Shown here: piece by piece, positions 1 through 10,134 of the stretch | Layout of the letters: each line of letters starts with the position of its first letter | Position numbering within the stretch: the first letter of the stretch is position 1 | IMG/VR virus record: IMGVR_UViG_3300025647_000034 | Span: 1 to 62,767 of that record | Strand: one strand, 5' to 3' | DNA: 62,767 nucleotides | From: a virus | Taxonomy: Duplodnaviria; Caudoviricetes | Notes under the pieces: generated by a model | Told to the model about the DNA's origin: nothing | Database searches by the model: none | What the model saw: the letters and a program-made list of their open reading frames with translations, nothing else | Translations under genes and position numbers: made by a program

Positions 1-667
1 CACGCCTCAAATCACTGACGAGCTCATGGCTGACGCAAGACAGATTGTTAAGGATGCTATCATGGCTCAGGTAGACTACAAAGAAGAACAGGGTCTTACA
101 GAGTACCAAAAAAGAGTCCTTGCTCAAAACGCTGAACAAATAAGGCTCCAAAAAATAGCGCTGGAAGAGAAGAATAGGCAAGGGTATGTATCGGGCCAGA
201 TCAAAGAAGAACTCGTTGACATGAGGATTAAAAACTCAAATGATTTTGCCGCAAACCCAACAGATCCAAAAGGTGCGTTTAGTAATATTAAAGGAGCTAA
301 CTTCCCTGGAATGGGCATGCTTCATTCTATATCTGAAAATCCAGATGGCACCTACACCATGAAGTTTAGGCAAGGATCTGGAGCTAATACGGTAGAGAGA
401 GTTGCTACGTATACACAAGGAGAGTTAAAACCTTTCTACAACGAAGCCTCTAACATACTCGCTACAGACGACGAGTTCAAGATCTCGTGGGAGCTGATAC
501 AGAATAGAGTAAACAGAAAGCCTTTGGCCCTGCCAAAAACAGGCGCATTCCCAACATCAACTGGTGGAATGAGTCTGGGTAACACTGGTTTGGGTTTTGA
601 ATCTACAGGACCCGCAGCAATGGGCAGAACGCCTGGTCTTCTAGACAACCTTGGATTCGGAGGTTAA
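1..667 (+). CDS. C-terminal part of putative internal virion/ejection protein (continues from 61929-62767 across the circular junction)
   Basis: Frame is continuous across the window ends: ...CCT GAT GAA AAG AG|C ACG CCT CAA... in frame with the ATG at 26; lies between ejection-type genes. Confidence 0.7.
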   Translation, partial: TPQITDELMADARQIVKDAIMAQVDYKEEQGLTEYQKRVLAQNAEQIRLQKIALEEKNRQGYVSGQIKEELVDMRIKNSNDFAANPTDPKGAFSNIKGANFPGMGMLHSISENPDGTYTMKFRQGSGANTVERVATYTQGELKPFYNEASNILATDDEFKISWELIQNRVNRKPLALPKTGAFPTSTGGMSLGNTGLGFESTGPAAMGRTPGLLDNLGFGG

Positions 668-674
668 TATTGCG

Positions 675-682
675 TATATTTG
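675..682 (+). promoter_or_regulatory. Bacteroidota sigma70 -7 element TATATTTG
   Basis: Matches TAnnTTTG, upstream of the giant gene (likely ATG 707). Confidence 0.7.
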
Positions 683-706
683 CAGAAGTCTCAAGGACTT
701 CTAGCA

Positions 707-3700
707 ATGCCAAGAATAGACGAACTCTACAACGCCCTTAATAAACAAGGTCTTTACACAAAGAGTCTTGATGATTTCAAGACACAATTCTCAACTCCAG
801 AAGCTATCAATCAGCTTCACTTTGCGTTGAAGCAGGAAGGCCTTTATACAAAGCCGTTAGCTGATTTCAACAATCAGTTCTTCTCTGATCAATTAAAAAA
901 AAAAGAAGAGGGATTGCCTTCAATGCCTTCGGCAGAAGGTGGTTTCTTGGGTACATCTCCAACGGAACCCAGAGTTCCATCGGGCTTATCTGGAGATATA
1001 ACTGAGGCTGAGCTTATTGATTTCATGCCGTTTGCCCCAGACGAGGCAGTCGTGAATCAATATCTTCCAGAAAACTTTGAGTCTCTTAGCCCAAACGAAA
1101 AGATCAAGGCTACAGCAGAAGTTCTAAAAGTTCCTGGAGTTAAAGATGTAATACAAAGCAGACTAGACTACCAAAAGTCTGTAGATCAGGCTATAGCAGA
1201 TAGGACACAAGCAGCTATAGACAAAGAAGTTGATGTAGAAAGTGATTACTTTACTGGTGAGTTTTCTAACTTCTTAAAGGCCATGGACAATCCAATGGTT
1301 AACATTGGATGGATGGGCCTTGGCGAAAAGATAGACGATCTTGGACGAGCGATTGCAACTGGATTGGCGCAGGGCGATATTGTAGAAGAAACCATTCCAA
1401 TGGCTTGGGGGGGTAGCAAAACGCCAGATCAAGACATTGATAAGTATATAGCCATATCAAAAAAGATGGATGAACTAGGTCCATCAAATGAAATGGTTAG
1501 ATTTCAAAATATATACGAAGCGGCTGGAGGTGATGTTTTTGCTGCAATGAAAGCAATGTATCATTCTCCAGGAGCAATCCCAGAAATTTTAGCAACATCT
1601 CTTTCTTCAATGTTGAATACAGCATCATTGTCTGCTGCTGGAACTACTGTTGCTGGCGGAGCTGGAGCTGGGGCTTTGACAGGAGGAGCACCAGGTGCTG
1701 TTACTGGAGCAATAAAAGCCGTTCCGTATGCATTTTCTGCAGCTAATGGCTTTGTTGAATATGGTAGTTCGTTCAATGAGTTTCTAAAAGAGGAACTTGA
1801 GAAAAAAGGTTTAGACTTTACTAGAAATGGCATCAAGGCAGTATTGGAAGATCCAGAAGCGCTGTCAAGAATAAGAAATAGGGCTTCAGCACGTGCAGGA
1901 ACTGTTGTTGCTATTGATGCACTTACTGCAAACCTAGCTGGATCTGTAGGTGCTAAACTCGCAAATACAACAAGAGCTGGACAGATAAAGGCAGCTGCAG
2001 CAACAACAGGTATAGAGATGGCTGGTGGATCTATAGGTGAAGCAACAGCACGAGGTATTGCTGGTCAAGAGCAAGACGCAGCAGAGATTCTATTAGAAGG
2101 TGTTGGAGAAGGCCCCATGGGTATTGTTGATATTGCATCTGCGGTTGCTATAAGGAATAGAGACGCCGCAAATGCAGCGATGAAGCCAGACCAAAGAAAG
2201 CAATACCAAGAAAACAAGGCTAAGATCGAAGCCCTTCAACGAAGCGCAGATGCCAGTACAGACGAAACAGTAGCGTCTACAATGAGAGAGGCTATTAATA
2301 GCATAAAGGATCAGAATGAGGTTATTAAAAAAGATGTATCTGACGTTGTAAGTAACTTGAGCGAAGAAGATAAGGACAATATATCTAGACTAACAAAAGA
2401 AGCAGATGATCTAAAAAACAAAGCGATCAAAATAAATGATGATCCAAATATAGACAAAGAAACAAAGGCCATTGCTCTTGGAGAGCTCAAGAAACAAGCA
2501 ATTGCCAAACTACAAGAACAACAAACAATTATAGATAATGCCGTTCAAAAGCAAGCAACAAGTGAAGTTCCTGTTCAGCCAGAAGCCAGAGTTGGCGAAG
2601 AAGTGGCGCAAGGAGCACCCGAAGCAAAACCTGAAGTCGTTACCGAAGAAGGTGTCCAAGAAGAAGTAACAATAGACGCTCCGGCTATTGTGGCAAACAC
2701 AAAGCCAGAAGTCGATGTTGTTGTTGCTGCTGCGCCAGAAGTCGAGACAGGACAAACATTCAATTCAGATGGAACCGTTTATTCAAATGGCGGACTTGTT
2801 GTTCCTGTAACCAGCGAGAATATTACACAGCAAGAACTAACGCCAGAGCGTATTGCTGAATTTGTTGAAGCAAACAAAGCCAAGATTGGATCAAACGCAG
2901 TAAAGGTTGGAATTTATAAATTCCCAAACAGCAATAAAGTATCATTAGATCTAAACATTGTAGTCCCCAAGGAGAATAGAGCAGCTGCTCTTGAGTTTGG
3001 GAAAATGGCAGGACAAGAGTCTCTGTTTGATCTTGACACATTTGAGAACGTTAAGACTGGTGCAGACGGAATGAATCCAATGTCATTCACCGACGATCAG
3101 TTTAAGCAGATAGCAAAATCATTGAGCGAAGGCAAAGTTCCTGACTTCATGATGACACCAGCTGATCAAGCTACAGTTGGACAGACCATTCAGAATACGG
3201 CTCAGTCACTTCAAGTGGCTTTCCCTGAGGTTGAGTTCATTGTTGGAGACAACCTAGAAGATACCCGTGCACGCATTGTAGAGGCGCTCACGCCACGTGT
3301 AGGCATGGAGAAGGCCCAAGAGGTAGCCAACGACTTTAAAGACGTTCGTGGGCAGGCTCTGTTTGCAGGAGATAGGCCAGTTGCCATTGTCGTTGACAAA
3401 ACCGCTGCTAACACTCGCACAGCAGGGCACGAGGCTTGGGAGGTTATGCTAAACGATGCGTTTGGTAAAAACCCTGAGAAGTTTGCAGAGTTCCGTAAAA
3501 GCATTGACCGTCAGCTTCGATTGTCTGGTTTTAATGACATCGCAGAGGAACTTCGTGCGTTCTCAGAGACATACTCAAAAGAAGGCAACGAAGTCGTGTT
3601 CCGTGAGTACATGGCCGAGTTTGGTGGCATGCTGGTAGAAGGTGGTTTCGATATTCAAAACCTGACACCACAGCAGAAGTCATTCCTTCAGAAGATCAAG

Positions 3701-6700
3701 GATATCATCAATGACTTTGCCATGCAGCTTACCGGCAAGGAAGTTTTCTTGAAGGATGCCACAGCCGAGAACATCATTGACTTCATGAGCACGATCTCTC
3801 AGAAGGTAGCCAAAGGAGAAACGGTTGAGGAGTTCTTTGAAACAAAAGACACAACAGAAATAGAAAATACAGATACTGTTTTCAAAAATAGAAGCCAAAA
3901 GATTGGTGACTTTGATATATATTATTTCGAGGATGAGGCAGAGTTTCAAAAGCTCGTAGAAGATGGTCTTGTTGTTCAAAATGCATCGATAGATGAGGCA
4001 GCTGGAGAACCAGTCGCTGTTCACCAGCCAGATAATCTCTTTGTAGGCAATCTCAGCTACAAAGGGAAAAAGATAATGGATGGCAATGGAGGCGTATACT
4101 ATGTTTTAAAGTTTGGAAACGTATGGGCCTCTGGAGCAAAGTCATCGGCCAGCGGCCTAGTAAAGCTAATAAACGAATCTAGGGAAAAGTCTTCCGATAA
4201 AAAAGCCAGACTTGTTCTTGTAAGGGGCTCTCAGGACAAAATGATTAGCTCTGTACAAGGCGTGAAAGCAGCAATGCAGATTCTTGAAGAGCTTGTGTTT
4301 AGTGGTTTGATTTCTACATCTGACTTCAGAACAGCTTTGAAGGCTGCAGGAAAGAAATATAATATTGATTTTTCAGGAACATCATCTGCTTCATCAATTA
4401 AGGCAGACATCGAGAATAAGTTCATGAATGTATCCGACTCTACCTTTGAGAAGCGTGGTACATTCTTTAGCGATTTAGTAGATGAACTTGGCAAGCTTGA
4501 ATCTCCAAAGAAAAATATCAAGGAAATACAAAAGGCCATTGGAGCTAAGAAGAATATTCGATTCACAAAACAAGGGATACGTGAGCAGCTTGGAACGATT
4601 ATGACAGAACGATTGCTTCTTGGTCTTCCTAGTAGCCATGCTTATGCGATGATCGAGGTAGACGAGGATGTTACATTCAAGGAAGACAAGGAACACCCTA
4701 GCTATCCATATGCTATTGTAACTAAAAGTGGCAAACCTCCTGTGCTAAAGATATTTGGGTACAGACCAAAGGCCGTTGAGGCTATACGTAGAATTGATGG
4801 GTCTCCAGCATCTAATGCCCAGTTGGGATTAGCTCAACGTGGAATGGGTATTGGTCGTGTTGCTACAGATACTAAAATAACCGCCCGTGCGCAGAAGAAA
4901 GCTCCTGCAGCTATCTCTGAAGACGTATATAAGTACTTGACAGAGGACGATAATGGAAACATTGTTTTTCATCACTACTCTTCATCACAGCGTGATCAGA
5001 TCAAGCCATCTTCTGGACAAGGAAGCTTGTTGACCAGCAAAGAAGAACAGCAGGCCCTGTCGTCTGTAGGAGGTCTTGCTATGTACTATGCACAAGAAGG
5101 CCAAAAGGAGCCTGGTGTTGGCAATGAGCTACACACGGTTGTCGTTCCACGTGACAAGGTTTATGATATCCGAAAGGATCCTATGAACTTCTACGACGAA
5201 GCCAAGGAGCGATTCCTGGAGCACATGAACCGCAACAACACTGGCAAGCCAATTGAATATGCGTTCTCACCAAACTACCAAGTGGCATGGATCACAAAGG
5301 TTGCAGGAGAGAATGGCTTTGACATGACCGTTGCTCAGTGGAAAAACAAGGCAGACTATAGGGCCCAGAGCACAAAGACACTTACCCCAGAAGCCGAAAA
5401 CATCAAGATGAAGCCCATTGAGGGCGAAATTGAGGTTGGAGACCTTGTTCAGATATATGGTCAAGAGTCTGTCATTACAGACATTGATGAGAATGGCGTG
5501 CTGTCATACGTTCAAAAAGGTAGCTCTGGCAAGTTTGATCTTCCTATGTCTAAGCGATCAATGCGTATGGGCAAGGCAACATTGCTAGATAAAGGCCCTT
5601 ATATCTTTGACGAGGCCAAGCAAGAACCTGTCAAAGAAACCATCACCGCCCGTGCTCAGAAATTAACTTCAGAAGAAATAAAAGTTTTAAACGAAAACTT
5701 TGGAATTCAAGACGGAAAGGTCGAATTAAAAGCTAGATCACAAAAAATAACACCATCTGAGGTAAAGGCTGTTTCAGAATCTTTGTCTTCCCTTAGCGAA
5801 TCAAAACTCGAGTCGCTAAAAGAGTTGATACACAAGGACGTAAAAGCACCTCAAAAAACACAAAAAGCATATAAGCTATTCAAAGTAAAGAAAAACTTCC
5901 CAGGAGAGCTATTCCCATTGTTTGTAGGCGCTAATGAATCAGTTACTACAGGCGATTGGATAGAAGCTAAAGCAGGTGAATTGACTACTACAAAAGAAGG
6001 CAAAACAATGGTAAAGTCAACACTTGGACCATTGGCGTATAGGCCTGGCTGGCATTCTGGAGAATTTGCTATTGCAACTCATATTGGTGCCAAAAAGAAT
6101 GCTTCAGACAAAGCTCCATCTTTAAGAGATAGCGATCAAGTGTGGGCAGAGGTAGAGGTTGGGGATGACTTTGATTGGCAAACAGAAGCTAATCGCCGTG
6201 CGGATAGGAATAAAAATGGAGACATAGTTCCAAGAACAGCCCATATAACAGACCAGATTCCTTCTGGAGGTAACTACAAATACAAAACAAACTCTAACAT
6301 GACTGGAAGCTGGATTATATCTGGCGAAATGAAAGTCAACAGAGTTCTTACCGATGAAGAAGTTGCTAGAATTAATAAACAATCCGGATCTAACGATCTA
6401 CCAAGACTTGCTCCATTTGACTTTGAGGCTTATGGCTTTAACCAAGACGGTACACCTAAAGACAAAAAACAAGTAATCTCTAATCAAGTTGCAAGAGCAT
6501 ATATAATTGCAAAAGAAACTGGAGATAATCCAGAGTTGGTTTCCGCTGTTGATTCATCAACAACCATCACAGCCCGTGCTCAGAAGATCAACTACAAGGA
6601 CCTCCCTGGCTATGATCGCATGCGAAATAAGGTTGATGGTATCATTGAAAAAGCAACAAAGCGTGGAGCCACGAAAGCCCGTATCGCAGATGACGTGATT

Positions 6701-9700
6701 AATTACGTTCAGAAGAGTGCTGTATACGAAAGAGCCAATGACTCTCAGCGTGATCAGATGATCCGTGACCTCAAGAAGGAACTTGGGCAGCGAGTAAAGT
6801 CTGCTCCAAAGGCAGATAGGCTGCTTGGTACTATTAAAGATGCCAAGAAAGTCACTGTCGACGAAATGATGGCATTGAAAGAAAAGATCAAGGCCGAAGC
6901 AAAAGCAGCTAAAGACGCTGTGGCGTTTATCAACGGTATCAGAGCTCGAATAGCCCAAGAAATAAAGGCTATGGAAAAGTCCGGTGTATTGTCAGCCAAG
7001 CAAGTACAGACAATCATCAATAAGGCCAGCAAGGTGAATCTCACCAAGCCTGATGCTGTCAACAACTTTGTTGATTACATGGAGAAGGTATTTAAGAATG
7101 CCGAGTACGGAGAGAAGCTTTCACAGTCAAACACACTTCAGAGGAAAATCAAGAACCTTTCTAAGTCTGACTCCGTAGCCGCAGGCACAAAGGCAATAGC
7201 CAAGCAGTTTGCTAAGATAGAGCCACGACGTGTTGGAAACATCGAAGAATATCTGGAGTACGCATCCTCCCTTTACAATGCCATGAAACCAACCACTGGT
7301 CGTGTGACGGAGGAAGGCGCAGATGTTTCGTTCAAGAGCGCTGTTGAGTATGACAAAATACAGGATTACGCAAACGAAGAAATTAAGCGCCAAGAGAAGC
7401 AAAAGGTTGATGAGATACTGGCACGAAACGAGGATTTAGTAATGGCAGGTATTCTTACCGAGGACATGAATATCGATGAGATCAAAAAGATTATCGATGC
7501 CATCAACTCAGAGGATCCAAAAACACTTCCACCAGCAGAGAAGGAGAAGATGATTCGTGACTATGTCAAGAAGGCGTTCGGATACTACAGAACTATTGCG
7601 CTATCAATGATACAGCGTGGTGTTGACCCATTCACAGGAGAGGAGATAGAGCTCACTGAGTCACAGAAAAAGCTTGCTAGAAGGTTCCTTGAGGTTGACA
7701 CAGATATGATGCCACTTAAGGAGGCATATGCAGCTGTAGAGGCTATTGACAACTTTATAGTAAACAAGGTTACTGATGGGATGGCAGCGACTATCGCTGA
7801 CTATGTTGGTCAGGTTAACGCAAAGAATCTAGCGAAAGAAGGATACCGTGGAAAGCCATTGCGCCTGTTCTATTCAAAGAACGCTGGACGTGCATGGGCT
7901 GAGCAAATCGAGCAGCTTGACCTTATGGTTCAAAGGATGTTTGGCGGTGTAAACAGGGCACTTGCGTTTATGCGTGCATCTGGAGCCAATGCATTCAAAG
8001 TAGGTAAGACCACCACACAGGTTCAGCTAAACAACATGCTCAACAAGTACGCTGCAAAGTTTGGCGAGGTAAAAGGCTTCAGAGATCTTGAGAACGTTAT
8101 GGAGCGTGGCGTATTGGCTTTTGTTTCAAGAAGCGTAAACGAAAACTCAACAAAACAACAGAACGAGTTCGAGAGAAGAAAAGCCCTGGTAGAGGAAACA
8201 CTTGCATACATGAAGACTGGAACCGAAAAGGAACAGTCTCAGGCAGTTGAACTGCAAAAAGTATATGACAACATACTCAAAGGGTCTAGCTCAATAGACC
8301 AAGTAGAGTCCAAGGTTAAGGACTTCAATAAGGATGCTGTTAAGTTCTGGGTTGATGAGTGGTCTAGCAAATACGATGATCTACAGGACTTGTCAAGAAA
8401 CGTATACAACGTTGTTCTTGGAAGTGACATCAACTACACCCCAGATAGATTCAAGCGTGTGTCAGGAAAAGATGTGGCCGAGGCACAGTGGGGAGAAAGC
8501 ATGTTTGCCGACTCAAGCGACTACTTTGACACCAAGGAAGCAGGAGTGTTGATGGAGAATAAGCGCATCCAAACACTTGGCAAACGCCCATCACGCATTG
8601 TAAGCTTCGACTTTGACGTTAATATGTCAAACTCAATGTATGATGCATTGATGGACATCAATACCGCAGAGGCCACACGGCAGATGAAGTCATTCTTTAA
8701 TTCAGATGGATTTGAAAAAATTGTTCCAACCAAAGAAGATCGTGACCTTATGGTTGATAGAATGAAGAAGTTTGTCATTCGTTCAAAGCGCAAAGACTAT
8801 GTCAGCCAGGATCAGCTCAGTGGAGTATTTAAAGCTATGAATACTATCGCTGGTCTAGGTGCAGGACGTGCGCTGGGTGGTATTCTTCAGGCTCCCAAAC
8901 AGACGATTGGTGTTGCATTTAATACAATGATCAACTCCGGTGGACGTCTATCTGTTGTTGACGCCATACAGGCTAACCAATTCATCAATGACTCCGGGTA
9001 TGCCATAGCCCTTCGTGGTATCGCATCAAACGCCGATATTCAGAGTATCAATAAGATTCTAGAAAAGGCAAGTCAAACAAAAGGAGATGCCGCACTTAAG
9101 TTGCTTAATAAGGCGAGCGAGATGTGGCTTAATACATTCCTCGTTAAACCTGACGTTTGGATTGCTCGTACGTCTTGGATATCCTACTACAAGCAACAGC
9201 TTGACAAGATGGGCTACGATACTAGCAACATGGATTGGAGCAGCCACAAACTAAACAAAGAGGCAGCGGACTATGCTCAGGCAATGCTAGACAGACAGCA
9301 AAACTATTCTGATTCTGATCTTGCTGGAGAATTCTTTGCGTCAAAGGAACCAATGAAAATGTTCCTTAGAAAAACGTTCTTCCCATTCATGACGTTCGTT
9401 ATGAACCAAAAGTCTCGTATGTACGCAGACCTGTCAATCATTGGGAACAAGGAAGCATCCACGCAAGAGAAAATCAACGCTGGAAAATCACTAACAGGTA
9501 TGGCTATCGAGATGGGCGTTTACTCTGCCATGTCAATGTTCTTCGCAAATCTACTTACAGAGATGACCGATGCATTGTGGGGCTACGACGAGGATGAGGA
9601 AGAGAAGAAGAAGCGAATGAAACGTTCTTCTCAATACTATGCAAAGAATATTGTAATGGACGTATTGTCTCCGCTTCCTGTAACAAACGAAGTTGTTAGA

Positions 9701-10108
9701 ATTACAATAAACAAAGGGCTAGAAGCAGTTGGAATAGACAAGGATACATTTGAGCTTCCCAAAAACTTCGAGTCTGGATCTTGGATGAGTGACTTTGGCA
9801 TGAATGCTATTGCAGCAGAGAAGATGCTATCAGCATACGACAAGCTTCACATGGCAGCAACCGGAGAATATACGAAGCAGGACTTCTTTGGAAACGATGT
9901 AACCATGCAGCTTGATGAAGAAGCCAAACAAAAGATGGCATATGTTGCACTGGCAGACTTCATGTACTCGCTAGGACTTGCTCCAACAGAGATTGGAAGT
10001 ATGGCCAATAAGGCTACTGGGCGTGCAAAGAAAACAGGAAAGAAAGTAAAAGAATCTGGATCCCAACCAGGCGGAGTGATCAAGGCTAAGGTAATCCAAG
10101 CTAAATAA
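707..10108 (+). CDS. Giant (~3130 aa) modular internal virion/ejection protein, polyvalent-protein-like
   Basis: Last gene of the structural arm; duplicated N-terminal LYxAL..GLYTK..DF repeat, Ala/Gly-rich hydrophobic region, HEAWE zincin-like motif, domains separated by (I/L)xARxQK linkers, long helical C-terminus; ATG 707 preferred over TTG 680, which lies inside the promoter. Confidence 0.75.
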   Translation: MPRIDELYNALNKQGLYTKSLDDFKTQFSTPEAINQLHFALKQEGLYTKPLADFNNQFFSDQLKKKEEGLPSMPSAEGGFLGTSPTEPRVPSGLSGDITEAELIDFMPFAPDEAVVNQYLPENFESLSPNEKIKATAEVLKVPGVKDVIQSRLDYQKSVDQAIADRTQAAIDKEVDVESDYFTGEFSNFLKAMDNPMVNIGWMGLGEKIDDLGRAIATGLAQGDIVEETIPMAWGGSKTPDQDIDKYIAISKKMDELGPSNEMVRFQNIYEAAGGDVFAAMKAMYHSPGAIPEILATSLSSMLNTASLSAAGTTVAGGAGAGALTGGAPGAVTGAIKAVPYAFSAANGFVEYGSSFNEFLKEELEKKGLDFTRNGIKAVLEDPEALSRIRNRASARAGTVVAIDALTANLAGSVGAKLANTTRAGQIKAAAATTGIEMAGGSIGEATARGIAGQEQDAAEILLEGVGEGPMGIVDIASAVAIRNRDAANAAMKPDQRKQYQENKAKIEALQRSADASTDETVASTMREAINSIKDQNEVIKKDVSDVVSNLSEEDKDNISRLTKEADDLKNKAIKINDDPNIDKETKAIALGELKKQAIAKLQEQQTIIDNAVQKQATSEVPVQPEARVGEEVAQGAPEAKPEVVTEEGVQEEVTIDAPAIVANTKPEVDVVVAAAPEVETGQTFNSDGTVYSNGGLVVPVTSENITQQELTPERIAEFVEANKAKIGSNAVKVGIYKFPNSNKVSLDLNIVVPKENRAAALEFGKMAGQESLFDLDTFENVKTGADGMNPMSFTDDQFKQIAKSLSEGKVPDFMMTPADQATVGQTIQNTAQSLQVAFPEVEFIVGDNLEDTRARIVEALTPRVGMEKAQEVANDFKDVRGQALFAGDRPVAIVVDKTAANTRTAGHEAWEVMLNDAFGKNPEKFAEFRKSIDRQLRLSGFNDIAEELRAFSETYSKEGNEVVFREYMAEFGGMLVEGGFDIQNLTPQQKSFLQKIKDIINDFAMQLTGKEVFLKDATAENIIDFMSTISQKVAKGETVEEFFETKDTTEIENTDTVFKNRSQKIGDFDIYYFEDEAEFQKLVEDGLVVQNASIDEAAGEPVAVHQPDNLFVGNLSYKGKKIMDGNGGVYYVLKFGNVWASGAKSSASGLVKLINESREKSSDKKARLVLVRGSQDKMISSVQGVKAAMQILEELVFSGLISTSDFRTALKAAGKKYNIDFSGTSSASSIKADIENKFMNVSDSTFEKRGTFFSDLVDELGKLESPKKNIKEIQKAIGAKKNIRFTKQGIREQLGTIMTERLLLGLPSSHAYAMIEVDEDVTFKEDKEHPSYPYAIVTKSGKPPVLKIFGYRPKAVEAIRRIDGSPASNAQLGLAQRGMGIGRVATDTKITARAQKKAPAAISEDVYKYLTEDDNGNIVFHHYSSSQRDQIKPSSGQGSLLTSKEEQQALSSVGGLAMYYAQEGQKEPGVGNELHTVVVPRDKVYDIRKDPMNFYDEAKERFLEHMNRNNTGKPIEYAFSPNYQVAWITKVAGENGFDMTVAQWKNKADYRAQSTKTLTPEAENIKMKPIEGEIEVGDLVQIYGQESVITDIDENGVLSYVQKGSSGKFDLPMSKRSMRMGKATLLDKGPYIFDEAKQEPVKETITARAQKLTSEEIKVLNENFGIQDGKVELKARSQKITPSEVKAVSESLSSLSESKLESLKELIHKDVKAPQKTQKAYKLFKVKKNFPGELFPLFVGANESVTTGDWIEAKAGELTTTKEGKTMVKSTLGPLAYRPGWHSGEFAIATHIGAKKNASDKAPSLRDSDQVWAEVEVGDDFDWQTEANRRADRNKNGDIVPRTAHITDQIPSGGNYKYKTNSNMTGSWIISGEMKVNRVLTDEEVARINKQSGSNDLPRLAPFDFEAYGFNQDGTPKDKKQVISNQVARAYIIAKETGDNPELVSAVDSSTTITARAQKINYKDLPGYDRMRNKVDGIIEKATKRGATKARIADDVINYVQKSAVYERANDSQRDQMIRDLKKELGQRVKSAPKADRLLGTIKDAKKVTVDEMMALKEKIKAEAKAAKDAVAFINGIRARIAQEIKAMEKSGVLSAKQVQTIINKASKVNLTKPDAVNNFVDYMEKVFKNAEYGEKLSQSNTLQRKIKNLSKSDSVAAGTKAIAKQFAKIEPRRVGNIEEYLEYASSLYNAMKPTTGRVTEEGADVSFKSAVEYDKIQDYANEEIKRQEKQKVDEILARNEDLVMAGILTEDMNIDEIKKIIDAINSEDPKTLPPAEKEKMIRDYVKKAFGYYRTIALSMIQRGVDPFTGEEIELTESQKKLARRFLEVDTDMMPLKEAYAAVEAIDNFIVNKVTDGMAATIADYVGQVNAKNLAKEGYRGKPLRLFYSKNAGRAWAEQIEQLDLMVQRMFGGVNRALAFMRASGANAFKVGKTTTQVQLNNMLNKYAAKFGEVKGFRDLENVMERGVLAFVSRSVNENSTKQQNEFERRKALVEETLAYMKTGTEKEQSQAVELQKVYDNILKGSSSIDQVESKVKDFNKDAVKFWVDEWSSKYDDLQDLSRNVYNVVLGSDINYTPDRFKRVSGKDVAEAQWGESMFADSSDYFDTKEAGVLMENKRIQTLGKRPSRIVSFDFDVNMSNSMYDALMDINTAEATRQMKSFFNSDGFEKIVPTKEDRDLMVDRMKKFVIRSKRKDYVSQDQLSGVFKAMNTIAGLGAGRALGGILQAPKQTIGVAFNTMINSGGRLSVVDAIQANQFINDSGYAIALRGIASNADIQSINKILEKASQTKGDAALKLLNKASEMWLNTFLVKPDVWIARTSWISYYKQQLDKMGYDTSNMDWSSHKLNKEAADYAQAMLDRQQNYSDSDLAGEFFASKEPMKMFLRKTFFPFMTFVMNQKSRMYADLSIIGNKEASTQEKINAGKSLTGMAIEMGVYSAMSMFFANLLTEMTDALWGYDEDEEEKKKRMKRSSQYYAKNIVMDVLSPLPVTNEVVRITINKGLEAVGIDKDTFELPKNFESGSWMSDFGMNAIAAEKMLSAYDKLHMAATGEYTKQDFFGNDVTMQLDEEAKQKMAYVALADFMYSLGLAPTEIGSMANKATGRAKKTGKKVKESGSQPGGVIKAKVIQAK

Positions 10109-10133
10109 AAAAGGGCCCCTAGGGGCCCTCTTC
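10107..10133. terminator. Intrinsic terminator between the convergent arms
   Basis: AGGGCCCC-TA-GGGGCCCT hairpin with flanking A-run. Confidence 0.8.
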
Positions 10134-10134
10134 G

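Noticed and set aside
707-10108. Giant protein as a crAss-like virion RNA polymerase
   Set aside because: No DxDxD catalytic motif seen (closest is DFDVN); host-type promoters throughout
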